This document shows, one piece after another, positions 47,168 to 58,999 of a stretch of 64,000 nucleotides of DNA. Position numbers and translations under genes: made by a program. The notes below the pieces were generated by a model. That model made no database searches. It saw only the letters and a program-made list of their open reading frames with translations, and had not been told where the DNA came from. Source of the DNA: Scyliorhinus canicula (taxonomy: Eukaryota); NCBI RefSeq assembly GCF_902713615.1, contig NC_052151.1, positions 151,051,050 to 151,115,049 of the forward strand. The letters are read 5' to 3'. Every line of letters starts with the position of its first letter. Position 1 is the stretch's first letter.

Positions 47168-49221
47168 ATTAGAGTGAATATTTTTGTAGAACAAGATTGA
47201 CAATAACATGCTGGTAGTGATCATCTGCTGGGATTCTACGTAAGTGCATAGTTCTGTTTCCTGTTTTCCTCATCTGGGTCAAGTCAAGAAAACCAATCCC
47301 GTTTCAAATTGCGGTATATTTAAAAAAAAGGTTTATATCTTCATCCCCAAGTATTTTAGTCTGGATTTCGTTTAGTGCTAAAATTGCACTTTGGTCCCAT
47401 CTGCTTAATCAGAAGAGCTGAACAGAGGAATTTACCATGGGCAATTAAGGAGAGAACTATGCATGGATCTCTCAAATTTAGACTTTAATAACATCGAATT
47501 GAATTGTACCAAATCTACTGATTAACAAAATTGTTAATAATTATAGCAGCTTTATGTTGATGTAATAGATGGATGGACATTTAAATAGATGTATTTCGGA
47601 ACTTCAGATTTTGTACAGTATTTCATCAGGTGCTCACTATTCCTTCACCAATAGTGAATTCATTTGGCCTCATCTTCAAAATCTGTACAAAACACCTGCA
47701 CTGCTGAAGCAGGCAATGCTTTAATAACAGTTTATGACATTTTGGGATTAACTCCAATGTTAAACTGGGATGTACAATACATTACACATGCTCTAATTAT
47801 CAAATCAATGCAATGAAATCAGAAGTATTATAGGATTTAACATTTACAATATATATATAAATATATACAGTTGCTCTGCAACAAACAGCTTGTGATCCAT
47901 TTTACACTATGTTTCAAACAGATTTTTTTCAGCTCCAAGTACCACTCAATGACGACAGTAGATGGCACCAGTTATCCTGTCTAGAGATTTTTATGGTCCT
48001 TTTAATCATTCATAGAGAGCAATAATTCTGAATGATGTCAACATCTTCAGTATTAATTCACATTGCATACAAGAATTCTGTTTTTTGACAATAATTACAG
48101 CCAAATCTAGTTAAAACTGAGAGGATACAACTTTTAAATTTACTGCAAACCCAAAAGATTTTTCAAATTTTAATTCCTATGCATTGGAAGCCAGGCTGAC
48201 ACTTTAAAAAAAACTTGACCACTTATGTAACAAATCTAAAACTTTAAAAGAATAGTTTTATAATGCAGGCCAATAAAATCATTGCAAAAAAATGAGATGA
48301 AAGTTTACTACAAATGATTTGCACTGTGTATTATTTTTAATTTATTTTTCTTAACAATTGTTTAAAGTTCTGTTTTTAAGTAATAAAAAGAATCAACAAT
48401 TCTATGCAGAACTTTTAAAAATAAAGTCTGCAACAAATTTTGAATACTTTTGCAAACCGATTTAGCTGTTTAAACACTATTTTGGTTAAACAGTTTAATG
48501 CAACAAAACACTAAGACTGTACAAAATGCAAAGAGGGCCCCGAATAACCATATCTGAATTTCTGAGATAAACTTTCCCTCTTCTGAAGAACAACCATTGG
48601 GGATATTAATGCTGTTCATTAGCTGCCTTTTGAAAATGTTCATAATTACTAGGGACCTGTGTTCATGAATGAAGTTAGGGAAATTTAATTTGTAATGGAA
48701 ATGACAGCATTTAAATAAAAGTCAATGTGGAAACAGTGGTACTCTTAGATTCGTAGTAGTATTTTAAGGCTTTAAGTTATGAAATTCACCCAAACAGCAT
48801 GCTTACTAAATTCATTACCTGATTTATGGAATCTATATCATAGTTTTGATCAGTATGAGTGTTCTCCAGCTTTGCTCCACTGTTAATGCTACATACTTGC
48901 AATGGATTTTGATTTTCAGCATGTTTTTACAATTAGTGAGTGACACAAGATAAGTCATTATTCATGAACAATTAACATTCTTTCTATTCCCAAGAACCTA
49001 CATGCACCATAACAAATTGACAGAAATGAAATGTCCACAATTTAGAATGAATCTCCAGTTGTACTGAAAGTGCAAATAGTTTATCAAGAATACATATTTA
49101 AGAACTAGTTACTTATAACATCTTCCAGCTAAGAAGTGATTTGTCTATTGAGTCAAACATAGATATTTTCCTCGTCATCTGATGGTATGGATGGTAATTT
49201 CCTCAACTTCTTTAAGCAAGC

Positions 49222-49296
49222 TCAGTCGGCAATGAAGTGCACAAATGTCACAGGGAATACACCCCTTCGCTTTGGGTCTCCTTCAATGTGGCCAAT
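49222..49296 (-). CDS. ASAP2: ASAP2 last coding exon (SH3 C-terminus)
   Basis: IGHIEGDPKRRGVFPVTFVHFIAD*; the FVHFIAD ending matches ASAP2; TAG acceptor; synteny with ITGB1BP1. Confidence 0.95.
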   Translation of the reverse strand: MGHIEGDPKRRGVFPVTFVHFIAD

Positions 49297-50937
49297 CTAC
49301 AGAAAAACAAATAATTCAGTGTATTCAGAGAGTGTGGTTTTAGTAACAGCAAAGGGGAGTCAGTTGATTAATAAAGATAAACTTATTTATTAACACACTA
49401 GTATGTACACAAGGGACCCGGTTGAAAGTCACCGGTCCTTTCACATTGTCGACTGTTACATTCTGCCAACCTTATATACAATGTAACCCCACCCCGTAGT
49501 TAGCAGGGGAGTTCAGAGTCCTCGAGCAGATGGAGAATATTAACAAACTTGTCCCGTGTGGGTTACTAGAGATAATGCTCAAGATAATGTTTAAAAATTT
49601 ATCCTTTCATGGGATGTGGCCATTGCTAATCTTTGTTGCCCACCCTTAGTTGCCCTTCAAATTAATAGCTTGCGAGGCCATTTTGGAGGGACGTTAACGA
49701 CACTGGAATGACATGTAGCTTTCAATTTCAGATCCTAATTGAATTTAAATCTACCAGCTACCCATGGTGTGATTGGCACCCGTGTCCCCAGAGCCTGGCC
49801 CTTTGGGTTACTAGTCCAGTGACATTATCACTATGCTGCCGTCTTCCCCCAAATAATAAGTCTGTGTTTTTATTAAACAATCATTGTATTTTCACCTGGA
49901 TTATCTCTACTGTTAAACTAATATCAAGCACTATATTTCCACATTTAAAATCTAATAAAGGTATTAGTAATGTCATTGAAAATGAGTCACACAAATTATA
50001 GTAATTTTCTTGAAATCTGTTAAGAAAGATACATGTACAAACTTGTTTGGAGGAGCATTATTCAATGTTTATTTCATATCCAGACTGCAAATGCCCTCCA
50101 AATTCTTGGCATAAATTTCTCACCAAGTATATACAAGTAGATAAATTCTCTGCAAGTATTTACAGATGCCCAATGGCATTGCAGTACGTAGTCATACAAT
50201 ATAGAGATTATAAAGTATTAAACTATTAAGAGACCATAACTAATTTCTTCTCTTCAGTTCCTTAATTTCCTCAACAAGAAAATATACAGCACTCCTCAAT
50301 CAGCTGGTATTATCCACCGCTTCAGAAAGCATGCCTTCAGAATTCCATCCAATCATATATCATCCAATTTAGTGGAGTTCAAACATAGTTGAGACTCATC
50401 TCTGCTCCCCCACGTCTGAGGTGTTTGAACATTTATGGTTTAGTCAGATCTGGCTAGACCACAAAGCATTATCAGGTCCTGCTTTCCTTTACCAAAGTTG
50501 CTCACTATTCCAAGATCACCCTGGACTGCAAAAATAATTATGGATTCTTTTCTGCACCACAAACCATCTTCTTAACTCCTCTCTCCTGCCTCCTCCATCC
50601 TCACCTCTAACAAGTACAAGTGGTTTCTGGACTACTTTGTCATTACAATCGAGGCCATCCGTGCTGCTATTTCCTTCCCTGTTAGGCCAAAGACAGTGCC
50701 CCTCCACTTGCATTTCTTTCTCTAATTTTTTTAAATCCCACTTGATGCCCCTGCTAAGCTAATTTTGTTTATGAGACCCATCTCTTGCTCCCTTAATCTC
50801 AATTCCAAATTACTGACCCCTCCCCCCTCCCAATTTCCCTTTTTGGCCCCCCACGTAAATTGGGAAAACTCTAATCAGGTTTTGATGATAAATTAGACTC
50901 CTGAAGTGCAAGTGAGACCGGCATTTTATTTTGCAAT

Positions 50938-52818
50938 TACCCTGTAGATCATGGCATATAAGTCGATCTTTGAAGGTTTCATAAATCCGTCGAAAATAAA
51001 AACAAGAGATTGACTTATACGGGGTATAAAGCATGAACTGTTGGTGTAGACAATCAGCATTTTGAAATGTGACACAAAAAACACCGCTAATTCATATCAA
51101 ATTAATGTGACATGTCTTATTGAATGAATCAATTGTACAAAGCTATCTTTAACCATTTGAGCGTTTAAAACCGCCTCTTTGCGGGGGCTCCATATCATGT
51201 CCTGCCCCCTGGTGTTGTGGCACCCCCAATGATGCAGAATCCTGCCCTGAATGACCTCAATGGCCTCCTGATCCCACCCACCCACCCTCGCCTCACACAA
51301 TGCAAAGCACAGGAACCCAAATTCCCAGCCCAGACTTCTCACACTCAGCCCGGCTGCCTGGCTGGCCTCTGGTTCTTGTAGAGTCTCCCCGCTCCCGCTA
51401 GCCACTGCTGCCAAGACAACGCTGGGGCTTGCCTGGCTTTCTTTGCACCTCCCGATTATGCTCTGTTCGCCTCTCGGCTCTCACTTGCGTGGTCGTGCCT
51501 TGACCCTCAACCGTCAACAATTGCGTGTGCTCCTAGCTGGATAATTAGCTGCTGGCTATCCGGCCAGGCTACTGCTCTCTCTCTCGCCGCCCAGTCCAAC
51601 CCCCTCAATCTCAGCCCTGCCTGGCTGGCCTCCGGCTCTGGTCAAGTTGCCTCTCTGGCATCTTGCGGCTCCCCGATTCCGAGACGTGATGTTGGCGTTT
51701 GCCTGGTCTTCTTTGCACCTCCCGATTGCTGCTCGGCTCTCACTCGGGTGGCCGGGCCTCGAGCATAGACGACCACATATGCTCCTGGTTGGATACCGCT
51801 GCTGGCTATCTGGCCTGGCCTCTGCTCTCTCCCTCAGCGCCTGGTCCAGTTGCTGCCTAGTCCAGCCCCCTCACTCTCACCCCTGCCTGGATCGCCTCTG
51901 GTCAAGTCCTCCCGCTGACCGCTGCTCCCAAATTCTCCGGGGCACGATGGCGGAGCTTGCCTGGTCTTCTTCACACCTCCCGATACTGCTCTACTCACCT
52001 CTCGGCTGTCGCTCGATTAGCCGGGCCTTGACGACTCCATGTGTTCCTGGCTGGCTGCTGCTGGCTATCTGGCCTGATGACCTCTGTCCTTTTTGTTTGC
52101 TTGTCCACCTTTCTTCAGCCCTGGCCTGGAGATAGAGAGTTGTTCCTCTGCTCCCCTTGACGACCGTTGGCCAGCTCCTCTCCTCGCTGAAGGCTTTGCA
52201 GCAGATACGGACTTATACAGTCACCTCACAATCTGGGGCTCCCCCGTTGGCCGGGGCCCTGCATTGTAGCACTGTGTATTTCATTGTAAGTCCACCTCTA
52301 CATGTACTAACCTTCAGGAGAAGGGAAGTGAAATATGCATTCTGGAGTGAAAAACTGGCGACAAAAGAGTTACACATAGAGTGTCTCTAATCAGAGTATT
52401 TGGAAACAGGAGATGTCCAAAACTGGACATTTTTATAAACTGCCATGCATCAAATTTAATTCTTCTTAGATGACTATGGTAACTTACTGGCTTGTTCGGT
52501 TAGGTGCTGCATTGGTGATCTGATAGTTAGCAACTCCATGCACTGGTCTTTCTCCATGCTCAAAGCAACCCTTGGTCAACCTGACCTAACTCAGACCGAT
52601 CTACATAGAATTGCCCAACCCGAAAACCGGCAATATACATATTCCTACCTGGATCCGATCCAGAGGTTGCAATTTTTGAGACTGCATCTGTGCAGAATTC
52701 CGTAGCTTAAGAGGGGGTCGACTTTTACACTGAGTACATGTAAACGCATGTTTTTAAGCGCAAAGAAAATGGGCTTGTCTTATACACTGGGCTGAATTAT
52801 ACAGCACAATCTCTGGTA
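50938..52818. mobile_element. Degenerate Tc1/mariner (Tc2/pogo-like) non-autonomous element with internal ~260-270-bp tandem repeats
   Basis: TA-flanked imperfect TIRs (TACC.TGTAGATC..TATAAGTCGA / ..AATCTCTGGTA); repeated GACTTATAC-like subterminal motifs; repeat anchors at 51429, 51699 and 51957. Confidence 0.55.
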
Positions 52819-52937
52819 TCTCACCATTATGGTATTTTGAAGGGTAGAAGACAAAGAACTGTCTGTGTCAGAAAGTGATTTTATGATTCTTTAACATAAT
52901 CTTGACAATGTTATCAATATCTTGCACACCAACTTAC

Positions 52938-53060
52938 CCACCATTCTGGATCTTCCTCACCATCAACAATAATAATCTCACCCTCTGAGAAAGTGAGCTC
53001 ATCGGGGTTATCTGCACTACAGTTATAAATTGCTTTCACGCGTCTTGGTTTTGATTTCAA
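52938..53060 (-). CDS. ASAP2: ASAP2 penultimate exon (SH3 domain)
   Basis: LKSKPRRVKAIYNCSADNPDELTFSEGEIIIVDGEEDPEWW; TAG acceptor, GTAAGT donor; 123 nt. Confidence 0.95.
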
Positions 53061-53993
53061 CTAAAATAACAGAAAACAAAGAATCACAGAATGAAGCAGG
53101 CCACAAATATAAATAAAATTATGAATGTTCCAGACTGAATTGAATAAATGACTGCCTAAAGAAAATTACACATCTTTAAGATTGGACATTCTTAAAGCAA
53201 ACATTTATGTCTGTACACATGTCAAATAATTGTGATTATATGACTCGAGAATGCACAATGATACAAATTTCAAAAATGGTGGATATTTCAAATGTTTATG
53301 AGAGTTTGCCACACAAGCATGTAACATATACAATAAGCAATCTATCGGCTCTGCATTGACGGACTGAATGAAATCACTCACTCCACTTATCAGTTTTAAT
53401 CTAGCCTGACTGTATCAGTCAATTGCATCATCTTCTGTGACATGGCTTAGATGTATCATTTTTCTCTGGAGAATAATGCGGGTTGATTTAATTTACACTT
53501 GTAAGGGTGGTTTCTTCCATGACGATATAAAGCTCCACTTAAAAGAACACTCTCAATTGAGATTTCCCTCTCCTAATAAATATCCCGTTGCACACTAACC
53601 CTAATCTATTCTTTCAATTGTCAGTGATGGTTTTCAGCAAGATTTCAAGTAGCATATGTTTAACACTAAAAATCTTGATTACAGTCGCTATGGGCTGAAC
53701 ACAAGTAAAGCAAAGTTTTTTAAAAATGAGATAGAAGACAAAATTGACATGTATGTGTGAATGTTAAGTAAGTTTCTTAAACAAAATAGTGAGTGCTGTT
53801 TTATAAGCCATTCCATTTTCTCTGACAGGTAAGTGTAGTGTTAAGTCTACTCTAATTAATTTGATACTGCAGTTAAAAAGGTAATTAATTATGCTTTTAA
53901 AAATGCAAGTTTGACTCTAAAGAAACCAAAGATCTTTGAAATTTTAAAGAATGAAGCAAATAGATTTTTAGTGGTTGTTCAATATGCCCATAC

Positions 53994-54100
53994 CATTTGA
54001 GACTTTCGTGGCATTGGTGCAGGAGCTTTGTTGAGATTGGCAGAATTAGGCGCATGCCCTGGTTTTTTTGGTGCGGCATCAGGCCCCTGGAAAGCATCTC
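53994..54100 (-). CDS. ASAP2: ASAP2 exon (proline-rich linker)
   Basis: (G)DAFQGPDAAPKKPGHAPNSANLNKAPAPMPRKSQM; conserved PAPMPRKSQ; TAG acceptor, GTATGG donor; phase 1/0. Confidence 0.9.
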
Positions 54101-54779
54101 CTATTAGTGTGAACAAATATCAACGTTCAGTGAAATGTTAAACAATAATTTAAATAACTTTGAAACAACACCTTTCACAATCTCAGGGTACCAAAGTGTT
54201 TCACATTTATGTTTGCAGTGTAGTACATATCATAATGTAGGACAACGTGGCAGTCTGCACACAGAAAAGATCCCACAAACAGAAATCAGTACTAGATTAT
54301 CTATTTTTCAGGTGTTGGTTGAGGATAAATATTGACCACAACATTGGAAGAACTTCCATGTTCTTCACTGAATAATGCTAGAGGATCTTTTATGTCAATT
54401 TGAGACAATAGTTTAACGTCGTACCTGAATTACAATGCTTCACGGTGGTGCACTCCCTCAGTACTGCATTGAAGTATCAACCTAGTTATTTGTTCCAAGT
54501 CTGTGGCTTAGGATTTAAACCCATGATGCAACTCAGAAGTAAGAGTGCTACACAAAGCTATATACATGGATTTGCAGGGCATGGATTCAATTAGGGTGAA
54601 ATGTCTATATTAAATTAGGTTGAAAGTATGGTTGAAATGCCTGCCAACTTTCCCACCGGGTCTCATATACAGAACATAAGCATGCACTTGACATGGTTCC
54701 ATATGCGTCACCAACCAAGCATAACCCATCACCTTTAAGGAATATGGTGATAAAATTGGAGGGTATAGAAACTTTGAAC

Positions 54780-56220
54780 TTCACAGAATAATACAGTGCA
54801 GAAGAGGCCCTTCAGCCCATCAGGTCTGCATCGATGCAGGAAAACACTTGACCTGGCTATCTAATCCCATTTGCCAGCACTTGGCCCATAGCCAAGTTAT
54901 GTTATGACGTGTCAAGTGCTCATCCAGGTACATTTTAATGAATGTAAGGCAACCCACTCTACCATCCTCCCAGGTCGTGCATTCCAGACCGTTGCCATCC
55001 TCTGGTTTTTCCTCAAATCCCTCTAAACCTCCTGCCATTCACCTTGAATTTGTGTTTCCTCGTAACTGACCCTTCAACTAAGGGGAATAGTTGCTCCCTA
55101 TCCACCCTGTCATGCCTCTCATAATCTTGTACACCTCGATCAGCTCATCTCGCAATCTTTTCTGATCCAGCAAAAAGAATCCAAGCCTATTCAACCTCTC
55201 TTCATAACTTAAATGTTCCATCCCAGGCAACTTCCTAGTAAATCGCCCCTGCACCCCCTCCAGTGCAATCACATCCTCCCTATAATGTGGTGAACTGAAT
55301 TGCACACAGTACTCCAGCTGTGGCCTCACCAAAGTTCTATGCAACTCCAACATGACCTCCCTGCTTTTGTAATCTATGCCTCAATTGATAACGGCAAGTA
55401 TCCCATATGCCTTTTTCACCACCCTATTAACCTGCCCTTCCACCTTCAGGGATCTATGGACAAACATGCCACGGTCACCTTGTTCCTCAAACTCCGCAGT
55501 GTCAGGTCATTCATTAAATCCTTCTCACATTACTCCCTCCAAAAGTGTAACACCTCACATTTTTCAGGGTTAAATTCCATCTGCCACTTACTTTTTTGCC
55601 TATTTGACCATCCCATCTGTATCTTCCTGTAACCTGAGCCACTCAACTTCACTGTTAACCACCCGCACAATCTTTGAGTCATCAGCAAACGTACTGATCC
55701 TACCCCTCCACATTGTCATTTATATAAACGACATAGATGACAAACAATAGGGGGCCCACCACAGATCTCTGTGGTACTCCGCTGGACAGTGGCTTCCAGT
55801 CACTAAAGCAGCCATCTATCATCACCCTGTGTTTCCTACATCCTGTATCAAGTTATCCTGTATCCCATATGCATCTGCCTTCTTTATACAAGTCTCCCAT
55901 GTGGGATCTTGTCAAAAGCTTTGCTGAAATCCATCTAAACTACATCAACATCACTACCCTCATTTACACACCTGGTCACATGCCTAAAAAAAGTCAATCA
56001 ATTCTGTTAGGCATGACCTCCCTCTGACAAAGCCATGTTGACTATTCCTAATCAAACTTTGCCTTTCTTAGTAGATATAGATTCTCCTTCAGAATTTTAT
56101 CCAATAGTTTCCCTACCACTGACGTGAGACTCACTGGTCTGTATTACCCTTTCTTAAATAGTGGCACCACATTAGCTGTTCTCCAGTCCTCTGCCACCTC
56201 CCAGAGTCCAGAGAGGAATT
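54780..56220 (-). mobile_element. Degraded CR1 LINE in ASAP2 intron
   Basis: RPQLEYCVQF..RFTRKLPGM..RLRDELIEVYKIMRG; CR1 3' end near 54785. Confidence 0.85.
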
Positions 56221-56383
56221 TAAAAAATATTTTTAAAAATAACTGTTACAAGATACAGTAAAGCAACAAGCATTCCAACTCATATCAACAGATTAGTGGT
56301 GCTATTTTTTTTCAACTTGTAGAAAATTCTAAATAAATTTATGAAAATGTGGAAATACTTGCACTCATGAGGTAGACTAATTT

Positions 56384-57020
56384 TCTTTTATATAAATTTA
56401 GATTATCCAATTACTTTTTCCAATTAAGGGGGCAATTTAGCGTGGCCAATCCGCCTACTCTGCACATTTTTGGTTGTGGGGGCCACTGACCTCGGGTGTT
56501 GGTGTGCAAAGGCAGCAGCACATACTTTGATCGGCGGTTCAATAAACTAATAAGTTAGTCTGATCATTGAATTACTCTGTTTGTTGTGTTGTGATGCGGG
56601 CTCATGTTATGAGGGGGGAAAATTAAGTGTAAGCTGAACAGTGCAATGTCAAATCAACTATCCTAGAAACACAGTCAATATGCTGTGGCAAAGGTTCCCA
56701 AACAGAAGTGGGGGGATGGTGGAGATGGATGGTATTGCACCCAATATGGGTGTCAGGCCAGGGGAAGGGAATGGGGAATGGTGGTGAGGGGGACATGCAA
56801 CATTAAAAAAAAAAAATTAGACTACCCAATTTCCGATTAAGGGGAAATTTAGCGCGGTCAATCCACCTACCCAGCACATTTTTGGGTTGTGGGGACGAAA
56901 CCCACGCAAATACAGGGAGAATGTGCAAACTCCACACGGACAGTGACCCAGAGCCGGGATTGAACCTGGGACCTCAGCGCCATGAGGCAGCTGTGCTAAC
57001 CACTAGGCCACCGTGCTGCC
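56384..57020 (-). mobile_element. Composite of SINE, unique sequence and SINE 3' fragment inside a single TSD
   Basis: 16-bp TSD TGAGGTAGACTAATTT at 56368-56383 and 57021-57036. Confidence 0.75.
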
Positions 57021-57246
57021 TGAGGTAGACTAATTTACAGCTTCCTTGTTCATGCGCTAATCAGTCAGACATAAAAAATGAATAAAAATGATACAAAGAG
57101 ACTTTGAGATGCCCTAAACAAAAGGAGTTTAAATAACTGAAAGACAGAAAATTTTAACCATGTATTTTACTTTCACTAGTTAGATTTCAATTATGGAATT
57201 CTCCATCAGCAATGTTGAGTTTCTGATTAAAGAATTGTTCATTCAC

Positions 57247-57314
57247 CTGACTGCATTGATTGTACAGATCCAGGTACTGTAGATGTTCTTTTAACTGCAG
57301 ATGTTCGATCCGAA
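57247..57314 (-). CDS. ASAP2: ASAP2 short linker exon
   Basis: (S)SDRTSAVKRTSTVPGSVQSMQS(G); CAG acceptor, GTGAAT donor; phase 2/1 exactly bridges the neighbouring exons. Confidence 0.8.
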
Positions 57315-58684
57315 CTGTGAACAGATGACAGAAGATGTTCTAAAATTAGCATTAAAATGTATTCCACAGTGATACATTAGTTAGTTCCTGTAATTCTTTA
57401 GGGTCAATTTTCCCCACCCACTTTACTTCAAACAGCTGTGTTCAAGTGGAGGAATTAGGGACCTTATACCAGCAAAATGGCTGGACATTGTTTTCCCCCA
57501 AATTCTTAGAATCAGAAAGGGAGAAATTGTTATTTATAGATTATATGTTATGACTGAGAATAACAAAATTCACTATAACTGAGAACTCTAAAATATAATT
57601 TCTTTTCTGTCTGTAATTTCCAATTTTAGCTCCCATATACTCTCCAGTCCGAATTACCATGGACTTTTGATCCAAATGAGAAAAAAAAAATTGGGGTCGG
57701 CGCCGATCCGGCGATTCCCCGGGACCCGAGAATCGGCGTTTTCACGAATTACTCTGTGCAGCTGGGGTGCCATTGCCAGAGGCCCGCCCACGATTATCCG
57801 CTCCCAGCCGGCCGAGTTCCCAATGGCGTGGTTCTAACCACCTATTGCCGCTCGAGAACTGCGCATGGCAGCTGCGGACTCAGTCCGCGGCCGCCCTGGT
57901 GGACGGCCGGGGGTCATCGTGCGGTCCAATGCAAGGGCATGCGGCCGATCGGGGGGGGTCCTACACTTCGGAGCTGCCTCCACCATCCGAGTCCGCCATG
58001 GCGCTTGGTGCGGCAGCTGGAGGTCGCTGCGAAGCGCATGCGCCGACTTGAAACTGGATGTGCGGGGGGCCGTATCCGTAGCTAAAGCTGCGTGAATTAC
58101 TCCAGGTCCCTGCCAGCCCCCTGAAGGTAAGTGAATCGGTTTATCTTGTTTTAAGGAAACTCCGGAGTGCAATGCCAGCGTTTTTACGCCGGCATGGGGA
58201 CTCCAGCCCATTAAGAAAATTCAGTCCAAATCAAGAATGGAACAATGAAAAAATTCACATGGAGGTCATGAGATAATTATAGATGAGGAAAACTATTTGT
58301 TTATTGGAGCCGATCCATCTAGAAAAATCTTACACCCTTTCATGCAACTCTAAAACATTACCAACAGTTTGGCCACGACAATTCAGCTATCGTGTCAAAA
58401 CAAACTTCGTACCATTCACCATATTTTAGTTATAAATGTACACTGTTAATATTGAAGCTAAATAAAGATTACAGTACTTGAATATTACTGAAAAAAAGAC
58501 ATGCTGCCGAAGTTTTTTGTCTTGCACTCAGCAGGACAAATGTAAAAAAATACGTTTGATGAGTACAAAATGAAAAGCTTTGGCAACATGTTTCTCTTTT
58601 CATAACATTCAAGGTCTGTACTACCAAGTGACTGTACTCTTGGAAAAATTATACTCACAAGCTACAGATAATGAAAATCTTTAC

Positions 58685-58877
58685 CTGGCTGTTGATTTCT
58701 GCTGTGAAATGCGAAGTGGTGGCTGTGGAGGCAGTGGTGGTGGCAGCGGTTTTTTATTCTGAGCAGCTTGCTGCGGAGAACCTTGCTGCTGCGGTTGGGC
58801 TTGTGGTTGTTTTACCTGCAGACTCATTGCTTCAATAACGCTGCTCGTCTTTGCTACTGGAGTTGGTGGTGAAGGGT
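58685..58877 (-). CDS. ASAP2: ASAP2 proline-rich exon; upstream exons not identified in this window
   Basis: PSPPTPVAKTSSVIEAMS...PPPLPPQPPLRISQQKSTA resembles ASAP2 PVAKTPSVMEALS...PPPLPPQPPSR; TTTTAG acceptor, AG|GTAA donor. Confidence 0.88.
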
Positions 58878-58999
58878 CTAAAAGATAAGGCAGCGGCAAA
58901 ATAAGGTCTTTTGGAATATTCTGCATCTCCCAACTATTATTTTCCATTGGCTAAAGATAGACTCCCAGGCTCCCGCCACATGGAAGACTGAGGATTGTA

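Noticed and set aside
49333-49570. Possible solo LTR next to the last ASAP2 acceptor
   Set aside because: LTR-like TATA and AATAAA on minus, but no clear CA terminus or TSD; too weak to call
52488-52520. Possible extra ASAP2 mini-exon (CAG...CA|GTAAGT on minus)
   Set aside because: It would interrupt the SH3 domain between two exons that already join in frame; no homology support
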